Positions 37,798 through 48,000 of a stretch of 64,000 nucleotides of DNA are shown piece after piece (position 1 is the stretch's first letter; each line of letters starts with the position of its first letter). Source of the DNA: an uncultured Myxococcales bacterium (GTDB taxonomy: Bacteria > Myxococcota_A > UBA9042 > CAIXZC01); the NCBI GenBank assembly GCA_903895725.1, contig CAITUV010000030.1, positions 8,603 through 72,602 on the forward strand, given 5' to 3'. Below the pieces are notes generated by a model. It was given only the letters and a program-made list of their open reading frames with translations. It made no database searches and was not told the origin of the DNA. The position numbers and the translations under genes are program-made.

Positions 37798-38988
37798 GTG
37801 ATGCTCAAGGGTCTCCTCGGCTCCACCCCGGTTCGGCAGGGGGCAGCCTGTTCGACATGGTTCCGTGGGCGATCGGGCGAGTCCCGGGAGCCTGCGGTAT
37901 GGAGCCCGCTTCGTCATCTAGGCACGGTTGCCCCGTCGGGGCCTGCACTCCTGCTCGTCCTTCAGCTCTCATGCTCCGGGGTATCGCCGTCGGACCTCGA
38001 CCTGCCCATGCAGGCGGACGTCGATACCGGCGACGGCCGCTTCGAGGTGAGCGATTCGGCCTTGGCTGGCGAGTCGGTTGGGGAAGGGCAGCAGCTTCCT
38101 GCCGATGGGCAGCCGGAGAGCGACGGGTCGGACGTTTTCCAGGGGCTGCTGGACTTCCGCTTCGAGACCGAACAGGACGTCGAGGCGCCCGATTTCTCCC
38201 CCCCGCCCGACATCCAGTCGGGATGCATCGGCAACGGCGACGGAGTGATCGAGCTGTCCGAGTTTCCGGCCATGCAGGCACTGGGCCTGGTCGCCACGTA
38301 CACGTTGAACAAGCCGGGTACCCAGGTTCCGGTCCCGAACCTCGGCGGCAAGCAGCAGGAGGACAAGGTCTCGTGGGCCTGGGACTTTTCCGCCAAAATC
38401 TCCGGCAAGGATGAGGTGCACTACGAGAGCATCCTTCCCCTCTCGTCCTTCTGGTTCCAGGAACATTACCCCGACGGCGAGTTCGTCCAGCCGTTCAGCG
38501 CCGAAACCATGGGCATCTATCGGCTGGACGAGGAAGGGCTGTTCCTGTTGGGGATTGCCTCGGCCGAAGAGGACGTGACCGCACTGGCCTATGCCGAGCC
38601 CGTGCTGCTGCTGCCCCTCCCTCTGTCCGCAGGCCAGGCCTGGGAGGCGCTGGAGGTGCCCGCAGAAGGACTCTACGAGGGGCAGGCGTATCCCGCCAGC
38701 TACGGGGCTGCGGGGACGCTGTCCGTCACGCACTCCTACTCGTTCCTCTCCGACAAGAAGGGGACCGTCAAGGTGCCGGCCGGCAGCTTCCCCGTGCAGC
38801 GGGTTTACCTGGACCTGGAGATGGCGGTGCACAACTCGCTCATGCTCGTCCCGGTGGCACAGAAGCGGGTGCGGATTGCTCTTTTCGTTGCGGAGTGCGC
38901 AGGCACGGTGGCGCTGGTGCGAAGTCTCGAAGGAGAGACCCAGAAGGAGTTCCAATGGGCATCGGAATACAAGCGGCTGGGCTTCTGA
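37798..38988 (+). CDS. hypothetical lipoprotein (paralog A of a local two-member family)
   Basis: Lipobox-like LLLVLQLSCSGVS ~55 aa into the ORF (true start uncertain, possibly downstream of 37798). C-terminal region ...GTVKVPAGSFPVQRVYLDLEMAVHNSLMLVPVAQKRVRIALFVAECAGTVALVRSLEGETQKEFQWASEYKRLGF parallels the 41846..42760 product. Confidence 0.5.
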   Translation: MMLKGLLGSTPVRQGAACSTWFRGRSGESREPAVWSPLRHLGTVAPSGPALLLVLQLSCSGVSPSDLDLPMQADVDTGDGRFEVSDSALAGESVGEGQQLPADGQPESDGSDVFQGLLDFRFETEQDVEAPDFSPPPDIQSGCIGNGDGVIELSEFPAMQALGLVATYTLNKPGTQVPVPNLGGKQQEDKVSWAWDFSAKISGKDEVHYESILPLSSFWFQEHYPDGEFVQPFSAETMGIYRLDEEGLFLLGIASAEEDVTALAYAEPVLLLPLPLSAGQAWEALEVPAEGLYEGQAYPASYGAAGTLSVTHSYSFLSDKKGTVKVPAGSFPVQRVYLDLEMAVHNSLMLVPVAQKRVRIALFVAECAGTVALVRSLEGETQKEFQWASEYKRLGF

Positions 38989-41789
38989 ACACCGTCGTTC
39001 TGGGGGTGGCACTGACGGCCGGTTGTGCAACGTTCCAGACCGGTCCTGCGGACCTGCCCGAGCTGCCGGAGGAAACGCAGTTCGCCCAGGTGCAGGGATT
39101 CAACCTTCACGTTCGTCAGGTCGGCGACCACGGAGACTGGCTTCTCTTCATCCACGGCTACTCGGCCGCGTTGGTCGAGTGGATGCCCGTGGTGCCCCGG
39201 CTTTGCCAGGATCACCGTTGCCTCCTGGTCGACCTTCCCGGGTTCGGGCTGTCCGACAAGAAGGAGGGCGATTACTCCCCGGCACACCTGGCCGAGATGC
39301 TGGCAGACCTGCTCGATCAGTTCGGGGTGGAGCGCACGGGCATCGTGGCTCACTCGTGGGGCTCGAGCATCGCCCTGGCACTTGCCCACCAATTCCCCGA
39401 GCGGGTAGGCAAGGTGGTCCTGGTGGGGGCTTGGGTTTACTACGAGCAGCTCCCCACGTTTCTGCTGTGGGCCCGGGTCCCCCTGCTGGGGGAGGCCATC
39501 TACACCGCATTCTTCGCCGAGCAGCCGGAGATGCGCTACCAGCAGATCTACTTTGAGCCCGACCGACACGTCACCCAGCGGGACGTGGCGGCCATCCGAC
39601 GGTATCTCAAGCGTCGGGGAGCGGTCCGAGCCGCGCTCCAGGCGGCCCGGGACCAGCGGTTCGAGACCATGCAGGGCTGGTATTCCGAAGTGGACAAGGA
39701 GACGCTGCTGGTGTGGGGGGAGCAGGACCGGGTGTCGCTCCCGTTCTACGGGAAGCGCCTGGCCGGGGACCTGCCCAACTCGCGGCTGGTGCTGCTGCCT
39801 CGCTGCGGGCACATGCCCCATCACGAGGATCCCGAGGGGTTCGTGCGGGAAGTATTGGAGTTCCTCGCTGCCCCCACACCCGTGCCGCCTGCTCCCGCAC
39901 CCGCAGATGGTGCCGCCGTCGCTCCAGCCGTCCCCCTATCGGCCTTGGCTGCCCCACAGCACACCAGTGCCCCCCCGCTCCGGGAATCGCTCCTGCTGGC
40001 GGCCGGCTGTCTCCCTCTGGCCTTCTTCTCGGCCCCCTGGCGGGCGCGCAGGGGCACCGGGCGGAAGGGAAGGGACTCCAAAACGTCACGACAGGGCCAT
40101 TCTGCAAGAGGGAGAGTGAAGAACTCTACCGCGGCTGCGACCTCGATTCTTGCGGGAATCGTGGCTGTTGTGGCGTTGCCCGCCGGAGTCGGCCTGGCCC
40201 AGGAGACGCGGGCCGTGACTCCCTACCGGAATCTGCTCTACGAGGATCCGCTGGAAGTGGACCACGAGTCGCTACGAGTCCCCCCGTGGCTGGAGCTCTC
40301 GGGCGCCGTGCGGGTTCGAGGGGCGCACATGGCGAACCTGGACCTCGACCGAGGCACCTGTCCCACCGGCGGCAAGACCATTCTCGGGCTGTCCGAAGGG
40401 GCAGCGGACACGTTCTCCTCCGCAGACATGCGGCTCCTGGTGGACCCCGTGTTCAGGCTCGGTCCCGAAGTCACGGTGCGCACCGGCCTGGTCCTGTTCG
40501 ACAATCTCACGCTGGGGAGCACGCCGTCCGCCTATCCGGCCACGCCCGAAGTGCCCATGCCCGCCGGCTCGACGAGCCAGGCGCAACCGAGGAGCGGCGT
40601 CAACTCGCTGGCCGATTCCATCGGGGTCAACACGCTTTCCCTCGAGTGGCTGTCTCCCGTCGGGCTGCTGCTGGCCGGCAGGACCGCCGGCGATTGGGGG
40701 CTTGGGCTGGTGGCCAATTCCGGACGCTGTACCGATTGCGACTTCCTCCAGAGCGCCGACCGGGTCGCCTGGATTACCTCGCTGTTCGATGCCCTGGTGG
40801 CCATCTCGTACGATTTCGATGCCAACGGCGGCCATGCCGGCTCGTGGGGGAATCCGGCTGGCGGCACCTACGATCTGACCGACCGGGACGACTTGAGGAC
40901 GGTCAACCTGGCCATCGCTCACTACAAGCTGCCGGGTGTCACCCGGCGCCAGGTCGTGGGAGGGGAGACGGCGTTCCACTGGGGCGTTTCCCTGTCCTAT
41001 CGTTGGCAGGGCGATGATCTCCCCGGGTACTACCTGGGCGCACCCGAGGATTGGAGCGGGGATGCGCAGGAGAGCGAGTACGTCGCACGGGGGCTGTCCG
41101 CCTGGTTGGTCGACGGGTGGTTCCGGGTGGTCCTCGAGTCCGTGCTCGTGGAAGGGGAGGGGGCCTGGCTCCATACCACCCTCGACAACGCGTCCATGAT
41201 GCCCGGCGTTGCCACCGCCTCGGTCACGGGCCAGCAGTACGGCGGAGTCCTTCGTGCCCGCTGGAGACTGCCGGTGCTCCAGCTCACGCTCACGGCGGAG
41301 GCCGGCCTCGCCTCGGGGGACGAGGCGTACGGCTTTGGAATCCGTACGGGAGGCGCATCCAGGGCGGGCGACATGGACGGAAGCCAGGTGTCGTTCGGCG
41401 GCAATTCCCCGGACCTGGAGGTGAACAACTTCCGGTTCAACTCGAATTTCCTCGTGGACGAGATTCTCTGGCGGAGGATTGTAGGGACGGTGACGGACGG
41501 CGTGTACGGAAAGGGCTCGGTGGGAATTCGGCCGGTTTCCTGGCTGGAGGGTTCGCTGTCCGGCATCTACTCCAGGACTCTGTACGCCCAGTCCGCTCCG
41601 GGCATCGCCAGGGACCTCGGCTTCGAGGGGGATCTCCGGTTGAGTGCGGACGTGGCGGATGGACTTCGATTCCACGTGATCGGTGCGTGGCTTCATCCGC
41701 TCGACGGGTTCCGGAACCTCAACGTGGTCCCGGCCCTCGAGCCGACCGACGCCTGGCTGGTACGGGGCATGGCGGAGGCGAGGTTCTAG
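38955..41789 (+). CDS. lipoprotein alpha/beta-hydrolase fused in-frame (no intervening stop) to an outer-membrane-beta-barrel-like domain carrying its own signal-peptide-like segment
   Basis: MGIGIQAAGLLNTVVLGVALTAGCATFQ lipobox. AB-hydrolase fold (HGYSAAL, VAHSWGSS nucleophile elbow, PRCGHMPHHEDPEGF catalytic His). Pro/Ala linker. Then, at GTG 40116 with upstream GAGGGAGAG, an internal VKNSTAAATSILAGIVAVVALPAGVGLAQE signal-like segment followed by ~550 aa beta-rich sequence ending ...LVRGMAEARF (C-terminal Phe, OMP signature). Confidence 0.55.
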   Translation: MGIGIQAAGLLNTVVLGVALTAGCATFQTGPADLPELPEETQFAQVQGFNLHVRQVGDHGDWLLFIHGYSAALVEWMPVVPRLCQDHRCLLVDLPGFGLSDKKEGDYSPAHLAEMLADLLDQFGVERTGIVAHSWGSSIALALAHQFPERVGKVVLVGAWVYYEQLPTFLLWARVPLLGEAIYTAFFAEQPEMRYQQIYFEPDRHVTQRDVAAIRRYLKRRGAVRAALQAARDQRFETMQGWYSEVDKETLLVWGEQDRVSLPFYGKRLAGDLPNSRLVLLPRCGHMPHHEDPEGFVREVLEFLAAPTPVPPAPAPADGAAVAPAVPLSALAAPQHTSAPPLRESLLLAAGCLPLAFFSAPWRARRGTGRKGRDSKTSRQGHSARGRVKNSTAAATSILAGIVAVVALPAGVGLAQETRAVTPYRNLLYEDPLEVDHESLRVPPWLELSGAVRVRGAHMANLDLDRGTCPTGGKTILGLSEGAADTFSSADMRLLVDPVFRLGPEVTVRTGLVLFDNLTLGSTPSAYPATPEVPMPAGSTSQAQPRSGVNSLADSIGVNTLSLEWLSPVGLLLAGRTAGDWGLGLVANSGRCTDCDFLQSADRVAWITSLFDALVAISYDFDANGGHAGSWGNPAGGTYDLTDRDDLRTVNLAIAHYKLPGVTRRQVVGGETAFHWGVSLSYRWQGDDLPGYYLGAPEDWSGDAQESEYVARGLSAWLVDGWFRVVLESVLVEGEGAWLHTTLDNASMMPGVATASVTGQQYGGVLRARWRLPVLQLTLTAEAGLASGDEAYGFGIRTGGASRAGDMDGSQVSFGGNSPDLEVNNFRFNSNFLVDEILWRRIVGTVTDGVYGKGSVGIRPVSWLEGSLSGIYSRTLYAQSAPGIARDLGFEGDLRLSADVADGLRFHVIGAWLHPLDGFRNLNVVPALEPTDAWLVRGMAEARF

Positions 41790-41845
41790 AGGGGAGATGG
41801 TCGCCGGAGGTGAACGGGAAAGTGGCGGAAGGAGGAGGCTCTACG

Positions 41846-42760
41846 ATGTGGACGGGACTCGCCAGGCGTTGCGTGGCCAAGTGGATGCTGGTGGGGCTGC
41901 TGGCCTCGGCGTGCGGGGATGCGCCCGCAGTCACGGTGGAGGTCGAAGGGGACTGCACGGTCCTGTATGTGGGTGATGAGGCGGATGCCGAAGCACCGCC
42001 CGTGTTCGACTCGGTGGAATCGGCCCCCTGGTGCGTCGGCAATAATGACGGCACGGTGACCGCCGACGAGATGCCTGCGGTGGTCGGTGCGTACGTGACC
42101 TACAACGTCAACGCCCAGGGGGTGGCGGTGCCGGTCGATTCCGCCGGCCAGACATTGTCCGGAGGGCACACGTGGGACTTTCGAGAGGCAGCCGGCAACC
42201 TGGCGGTCGGAGTCAAGGTCGTGGACCCGGAAGACTACTGGTTCGCACCGTATTTCCCCGGGGCGGGATATGCGTCGCCCGTGTCGCTCTGGACCCCTGG
42301 CATCTTCGGGATCTTCCGTAGCGAGCCGGGACGCATCCTGATGCTTGGACTGGCCTCGGAAAAGCCGCAGTCCGAGCCTGCGCACACCCTGCTTGTGTAT
42401 GACGAGCCGCTCGTGGTGTACCAGTTCCCGCTGTCCCTGGGGGCCAACTGGCAGCAGACCGTGACGTTCTCCGATGCTGTGATTCAGGGGGTCAAAAATG
42501 CCGGGAAGGAGACTTACAAGTTCGTGGTGGACGGCCGCGGCACCGTCCTGCTGCCGCAGTTCTCGCTCGAGAACACGCTGAGGGTCCGCCTGGAGCTTTC
42601 CCAGTCTTTCGTGGTCAGCCAGGGAAAGCCCGAGGTCCGCCACGTGCAGTTCTTCTACGTGCACGAGTGCCTGGGCGAGGTGGCCCGGCTCGTCTCGCTG
42701 CAAGACCCGGTCGGCGTCGAGCTGACCGAGGCCTCGGAGTTTCGTCGTCTCGGCTGGTAG
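41846..42760 (+). CDS. hypothetical lipoprotein (paralog B)
   Basis: ATG 41846 with GGAGGAGG RBS (41831-41838). MWTGLARRCVAKWMLVGLLASACGDAP lipobox. C-terminus ...FVVSQGKPEVRHVQFFYVHECLGEVARLVSLQDPVGVELTEASEFRRLGW is collinear with the 37798..38988 C-terminus. Confidence 0.55.
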   Translation: MWTGLARRCVAKWMLVGLLASACGDAPAVTVEVEGDCTVLYVGDEADAEAPPVFDSVESAPWCVGNNDGTVTADEMPAVVGAYVTYNVNAQGVAVPVDSAGQTLSGGHTWDFREAAGNLAVGVKVVDPEDYWFAPYFPGAGYASPVSLWTPGIFGIFRSEPGRILMLGLASEKPQSEPAHTLLVYDEPLVVYQFPLSLGANWQQTVTFSDAVIQGVKNAGKETYKFVVDGRGTVLLPQFSLENTLRVRLELSQSFVVSQGKPEVRHVQFFYVHECLGEVARLVSLQDPVGVELTEASEFRRLGW

Positions 42761-42797
42761 GGGGCGGTCGAATTGTCGACGGTGACGGGGCTTCTTC

Positions 42798-44333
42798 CTA
42801 CTTCTTGACCTGCGGGGGAGGCGTGGGGGAAGCGGGCCTGGCGGCCTGGGGGGCCGGGCCGGGGGCGGGCTGATCCTTCTGCTCTCCCCCGAACCGACCG
42901 AGGTATTCGGGCAGCTCGAGGCCTACCTGGCGTGCGAGTTCGTGCATCGGGGGAAGGGCCCCCATCAGCCGCTGCCCGAGGTTGCTCATGCCTCCCTTTT
43001 CTCCGCCCGAATCCCAGACGAAGATCTTCTCGATGGGCAGGTTCTGGATGGCCTTGGCCTGGATGCCCGCCAGGTCGGTGAGCTTCTCGACCACGAGGAG
43101 GACGCCGGCTCTGTCGCCGCCGCCGCACGCTTCGATGAACTTGAGGTAGCCCTGGGCCTTGGCTTCGAGGATTGCCTGCTCGCCGCGGGCCTCGGCGGTC
43201 TTGCGGGCGATGACGGCCTCAGCATCGCCTTCGGCCAGGCGGATGGCCTCCATCTTGCGGGCCTCGGCCGCGATCACGACTTTTTCCCGCTCGATACCGG
43301 CGGGGACCACGACTTCCGCATTGAGGCGGGACTGCTCTCGCTGGGAGCGGGCGTCTTCGGCCTTCTTCTGGGCCATTTCCTGGGCCACGCGGATGGCGCC
43401 GTCGGCCTCCCTTCCGGCGGATTCGCCCTTCCGGCGGGCCTCTTCCTCGGCCACGCGCTGGGTGGCCAGCGAGGCGGCCTTGTTCGCATTGGCACGGGCC
43501 TCGGCCTCGACCGCTTCGGCATCCAGTCCGGCAACCCGCATACGCCGGTCCCTGGCGGCACTGGCTTCACCGATCTCCGCGTCCGCATTGGCCGCAGCGA
43601 CGGCCTTTCGGGTGTCACGCTGTCTCTCCGCCACGCCGGTCTTTCCGGTCCGTTCCTGCTCGGCCACGTCGACGTTGGCCTGGTTGATGGCCTCGGCAGC
43701 GGCCTTGCGGCCGAGAGCCGTGATGTAGCCGGACTCGTCCTGGATGTCTCGGATGTTGACGTTGATGACCTGGAGGCCGATCTTCTCCATTTCCACGGAC
43801 ACGGCCTCGTTCACCTTGCCCATGAAAGCCTGCCGGTCCCGGTTGATCTCCTCGATTCCCATGGTGGCAATCACGGCACGCATCTGGCCCAGAATGATGT
43901 CCTGCGCCTGGCTTTCGATCTGCTTGGTGCTCAGCCCGAGCAGACGGACTGCGGCGTTTTCCATGACACCCGGCTGGTTGGAGATCGCAGCGGTGACCGT
44001 GGTCGGGACCGCCACTCGAATGTTCTCCTGAGACAGCGCATTGGTCAGATCGATGGGCACGACGAACGGCTCCAGGTCCAGGTAGGCACACGACTGGAAG
44101 AGCGGCCAGACGAAGGCCGCACCGCCATGCACGCACCGGGATGCGCCGCTACCGGTCTTTCCGAAGATGACGAGGATCTTGTTCGAGGGGCAGCGCTTGT
44201 ACCGCTGCACCAGCGTGATGAACAGCACGATCACCACCAGGGCGATGATCAGCGCCAGGATGAAGGGCGTCGGAATGTCCACACGCCCAAGCGGTGGAAG
44301 CCAGGCACTCGCAATCAGCAATGAGCTCATCAT
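42798..44333 (-). CDS. flotillin-family SPFH/band-7 protein (YqiK-like)
   Basis: 511 aa; N-terminal TM, SPFH domain, long Ala/Glu/Arg-rich coiled region (AEAVEAEARANANKAASLATQRVAEEEARRKGESAGREADGAIRVAQEMAQKKAEDARSQ) typical of flotillins. Confidence 0.8.
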   Translation of the reverse strand: MMSSLLIASAWLPPLGRVDIPTPFILALIIALVVIVLFITLVQRYKRCPSNKILVIFGKTGSGASRCVHGGAAFVWPLFQSCAYLDLEPFVVPIDLTNALSQENIRVAVPTTVTAAISNQPGVMENAAVRLLGLSTKQIESQAQDIILGQMRAVIATMGIEEINRDRQAFMGKVNEAVSVEMEKIGLQVINVNIRDIQDESGYITALGRKAAAEAINQANVDVAEQERTGKTGVAERQRDTRKAVAAANADAEIGEASAARDRRMRVAGLDAEAVEAEARANANKAASLATQRVAEEEARRKGESAGREADGAIRVAQEMAQKKAEDARSQREQSRLNAEVVVPAGIEREKVVIAAEARKMEAIRLAEGDAEAVIARKTAEARGEQAILEAKAQGYLKFIEACGGGDRAGVLLVVEKLTDLAGIQAKAIQNLPIEKIFVWDSGGEKGGMSNLGQRLMGALPPMHELARQVGLELPEYLGRFGGEQKDQPAPGPAPQAARPASPTPPPQVKK

Positions 44334-44341
44334 CTTCCTCC

Positions 44342-45016
44342 TTATCGGGTTGCGTCCCTGGGTTCTTCCAGGCGCGCCACTTCGAGAAGCCCTGCCGCAA
44401 TGACCCGGGTCACCTTGACCGGGCTGCCGGCATCAATCGCCCGGCCGTCCGCCGAGCGGGCTTTCTGGACACTGAGCACGTTTCCCACCATCAGGCGGAC
44501 CTCACCCGTGCCCCCTGCCGGAATGTTGAGGTAGACCGTTCCCTCCTGGCCGACAGCCTTGATCAGGCGCAGGTTGCCGGTTTCCGTCAGCCGCTGCAGC
44601 ATCGAGAAGATGGCGGAAACCGCCAGGGCCGCCGCAAGACCCCACAGGAGCGCATAGAGCAGCGCCATGGACACGGACGAGCCTTCCTGCAGATAGAGGG
44701 CTCCGGCCCAGGTGAACAGCGTGAAGAACGCCACGATGGACCGCACGCTGAAGAGCTTGAACGCCCCTACGGTTGCGCTTGCATCCTGGGCCCCGTCGTG
44801 GGTGGCGACACCAGGTTCCGCCCCGGGATCATGGGCCGTCTCGCCGACACCATCGTGACCGCCGCCGACGTCGTGATCCGCACCGACTTCGGCATCACCG
44901 CCGCCCAGCCCCAGCAGGGCCGCAACGAGCTGCCACAGGAAGAAGACGCTGAAGAAGACCGCAGCGGCGTAGAAGCCCTGGTTCAAGGGCGACAGGCTGT
45001 CCCACCATTCCATCAT
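44342..45016 (-). CDS. NfeD-like (YqiJ-like) membrane protein, flotillin partner
   Basis: Start trimmed to MMEWWDSLSPLNQGFYAAAVFF. Two N-terminal TM segments, a His/Asp/Gly-rich loop, and a C-terminal OB-fold-like segment (GEVRLMVGNVLSVQKARSADGRAIDAGSPVKVTRV). Immediately upstream of the flotillin gene, the conserved yqiJ-yqiK arrangement. Confidence 0.6.
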   Translation of the reverse strand: MMEWWDSLSPLNQGFYAAAVFFSVFFLWQLVAALLGLGGGDAEVGADHDVGGGHDGVGETAHDPGAEPGVATHDGAQDASATVGAFKLFSVRSIVAFFTLFTWAGALYLQEGSSVSMALLYALLWGLAAALAVSAIFSMLQRLTETGNLRLIKAVGQEGTVYLNIPAGGTGEVRLMVGNVLSVQKARSADGRAIDAGSPVKVTRVIAAGLLEVARLEEPRDATR

Positions 45017-45098
45017 CGTCGTTCCTCCTGGGAATGAGCCCCCGTTGCCCATCGACGCTAGCAAAGGCCCCCGGAGGATGCAAGAGTTCGGTGCTGCC

Positions 45099-48000
45099 TC
45101 AGTCGTCCAGGAACGCCGCGGCCCACGCAGGCAGGTAGGAACGGACCCTGGCCGGCTCGCTCGTCACTAGCTTCCACCACGACGCATCATCGAGGCGGTT
45201 GGGGTCAGTGAACTCGTAGAAGCTGAGCATCGCCCCCTCGACGATGCGCTCCCTCCCGTCGAAAGGCACATGGGCGAATAGGAGGAACGGCTTCCCAACT
45301 GCCTCGTGCAGGACCAGCTTGCGCTGCACGTTGGTGTACACGTCCGCAACCAGGGCGATTCCTCGCTCCTGTCTGCCCTGGTCCGCACCGGTCATGCCTG
45401 AATCCTGCTTCTCCTGGACCAGGAACAGCTCTTCGAGCGTGGCCCCGAAGGTTCTGACGACTCTGTATTCCCATTCGTCGAGCGGAGTCCCCGCAAGCTC
45501 CTTGTCGGCCACGGCGGCGAGCACCTCCAGGACCCAGGCAAGTACCTGGAGCGGGCTTCGACCCTGGTAGCGGGCCATCATGCACGTGCCCGGGCAGATG
45601 GGGGCGGTATCATCCCAGATGTTGTTGCAGGTCAGCTCGAGCCGCTCGGGACACTCGTCCGTCGGGGCCGGAAGGGGTAGCACGTTGCCGCCCATTGCCG
45701 CCGCCGCTTCCGCACACAGCTTTGCGAGCCCTCGGTAGAAGGCGGGGACCGGTTCGACGTAGGCGGCCGGCCGAGGCTTGACCGGCTGCTCGTACAGCAC
45801 CACGATGGGCGACCAGGCATCACACTCCACCCCGTAGTTCTGGAAGCTGTAGAGGACCATCTGGTGCTTCACCTGCGCCAGTCCCGCAAGAGCCGACATG
45901 AGCAGCCGAAGCCGGTAAGGGGAGCTCTCCATGAAGCGGGGAAGCTTGCCCGTGGGCGTCAGCGCTGCCAGCCCAGCGAGCAGCTCGAGCCACTGATCAT
46001 TGAGATTGCCGCTGCCCGGTCCCCTCGACCCGGCCTCCCATTCCTCCCGCAGCGTCCTGACCTTCGAGCGCCAGGCATCGAGGGTCCAGCTCTCCCCTTC
46101 CGGAACCTGGACTTGCGACTCGACCCAGGCCGCCCCGAGGACCGCCATCAGGTCCAGCGCAGCGGGCAGTCCACGCATCTCCACATCCGGGTGAGTCAGC
46201 TTCTTCCAGACCTTCGAGTCGGCCGAGAGTCTCTTGGGAAGCACGAAGAACTCCTGCCCCTCCGAAGCCCCCCCGTGCCCCACGGCATCTTCGAGCGTCC
46301 TGATCTCGAGCGGCCCCAGGACCTTCTTGAGCTCTGCGGTCACCTCCCGAGGGCTGGGCGGGTTGCCCATCGGTGTCCGGCCAAAGCGGTCCCGCAGGAG
46401 CTGAACCAGGTGCACGACCCCGGGAAGGGCAGCCGGACCGGCCAGGGCTCCCGCAAACCGGTCCGTGGCCAGGAGCGCCTCGGCCGGACACGCCCTATAC
46501 CAGTCCAGCTCCGCCTCGGACGGCTCGCCGTCCGCGGGGGCCGGGGACCCCTCCCCCGCGTTCTCATCGGCCGGTGCTTCGCCGCCCTCGGCATCTGGCG
46601 GTGCATTGCCCTCCGCGTCGTGGCCCGCATTTCCCTCGGTATGATCGGGCGTACCGCCCTCCGTTCCCTCTGTGCCATGGGTCTCAGCTTTCCCTGTCGC
46701 TCCTCTGACCCCGGGGGCGGCCTGCGTGCAGGGGGTGGCCAGCCACCAGGTCCACGCCACCGTGGAGGAATCGACCGGCAGCGGCCAGAGTCCGAGCCAG
46801 GTCACGGCCTGGAAATACTGTCGGAACCCCGGGGCGTCGTAGTGGCCCCTCGGAATCGCCATGGAGAAGTCGATGAGCACCTTCCGTGGGGCACCGAGCT
46901 CCCCCTCGACCAGCTCCACCGTGGCCCCGTCCCTGAGCATCTGGATTGCCTTGCGGACGTCCTCCCGGAACCACTCGTCGGTCAGGGCATCGAGCGTCAG
47001 ATCGAAGTTGACCCGGGCCAGCTCCTCCAACTCCTCCTGGGTTTCCTGCTCTTCCTCGGGCGGCTCGTAGTAGCCGGAAAAGCGCGGCTCGAACTGGGCC
47101 ATCCCGGTCTCGAGCAGCACCGCCGGAACCGCCAGGCCGACCGCAAGGTGTCGCCACGGCCCTCTCTTGGCGCTCTGGGCATGCTCCCTCACCCAATCCA
47201 GGGAGGCCTTCAGGAACGCGAGCAGGACTGCCGCCTGCCTTTTCTCCTGCTCCTGGCTCAGGCGACTTACCGCATCGGCAAACGCCTGCAGCATCATATC
47301 CGGGGTCACGAGGATGCCCCTACCTGCGTAGCGGGCCTTCTCGAGGATGTGGAAGAACTCCTTGTCCTCGGAGCTGCCGGCCGCAAAGCCGTTCTCCGCC
47401 ATATGGGCGGACAACCCCGGCTGATGAAGGGCCGGGTAGTCGACGAGGTCGGACAGATCCTGGAGCGGACACGTGGTCTCGGTCACGCAGACATGGCGTT
47501 TCCCCTCGTGATTGCAGGAGAAGTACAGCTTCTTGCCGTCCGGGGACCAGGCTGGCCATGCGGCCGAGTCCGCCAGGGCGAAGTCCTGCCATTCCCCGCG
47601 GGCATCGAGCGTGGAAGCCCCTGCGAGCCCGGTCCCCCCCTGCTTCGAGGAGCGGGTCCCCAGCGCCACCATCTGGTTGAGCGAGAGCGTGCTTTGCCCG
47701 ACGTTGCCCCCGGAAGTCCAGATGGGCTCTCCGAACGAAAGGAACAACTTGATCCGGAGAGGATCGTTGAGGAGCTTCTCCCGGTCGGTCGTGTTGTCTT
47801 CCTCGCTGCGGTAGTCGTTGTCGTTCTGCTTCTCGATGGCCTGGCTCGCCTGCGAGATCCTGGCAGGATCGAGGCGGGCCAGAGCGCTGCCCGGATCGAG
47901 CTGGTCGGCCCGTGCGAGCTGAAGCTGCCCCCCGCAGTTGAACAGCATGCCGAGGCCGTCCGAGGTCCACGAGGCCTCTTCGCACTTCTCGCGGACCAGG

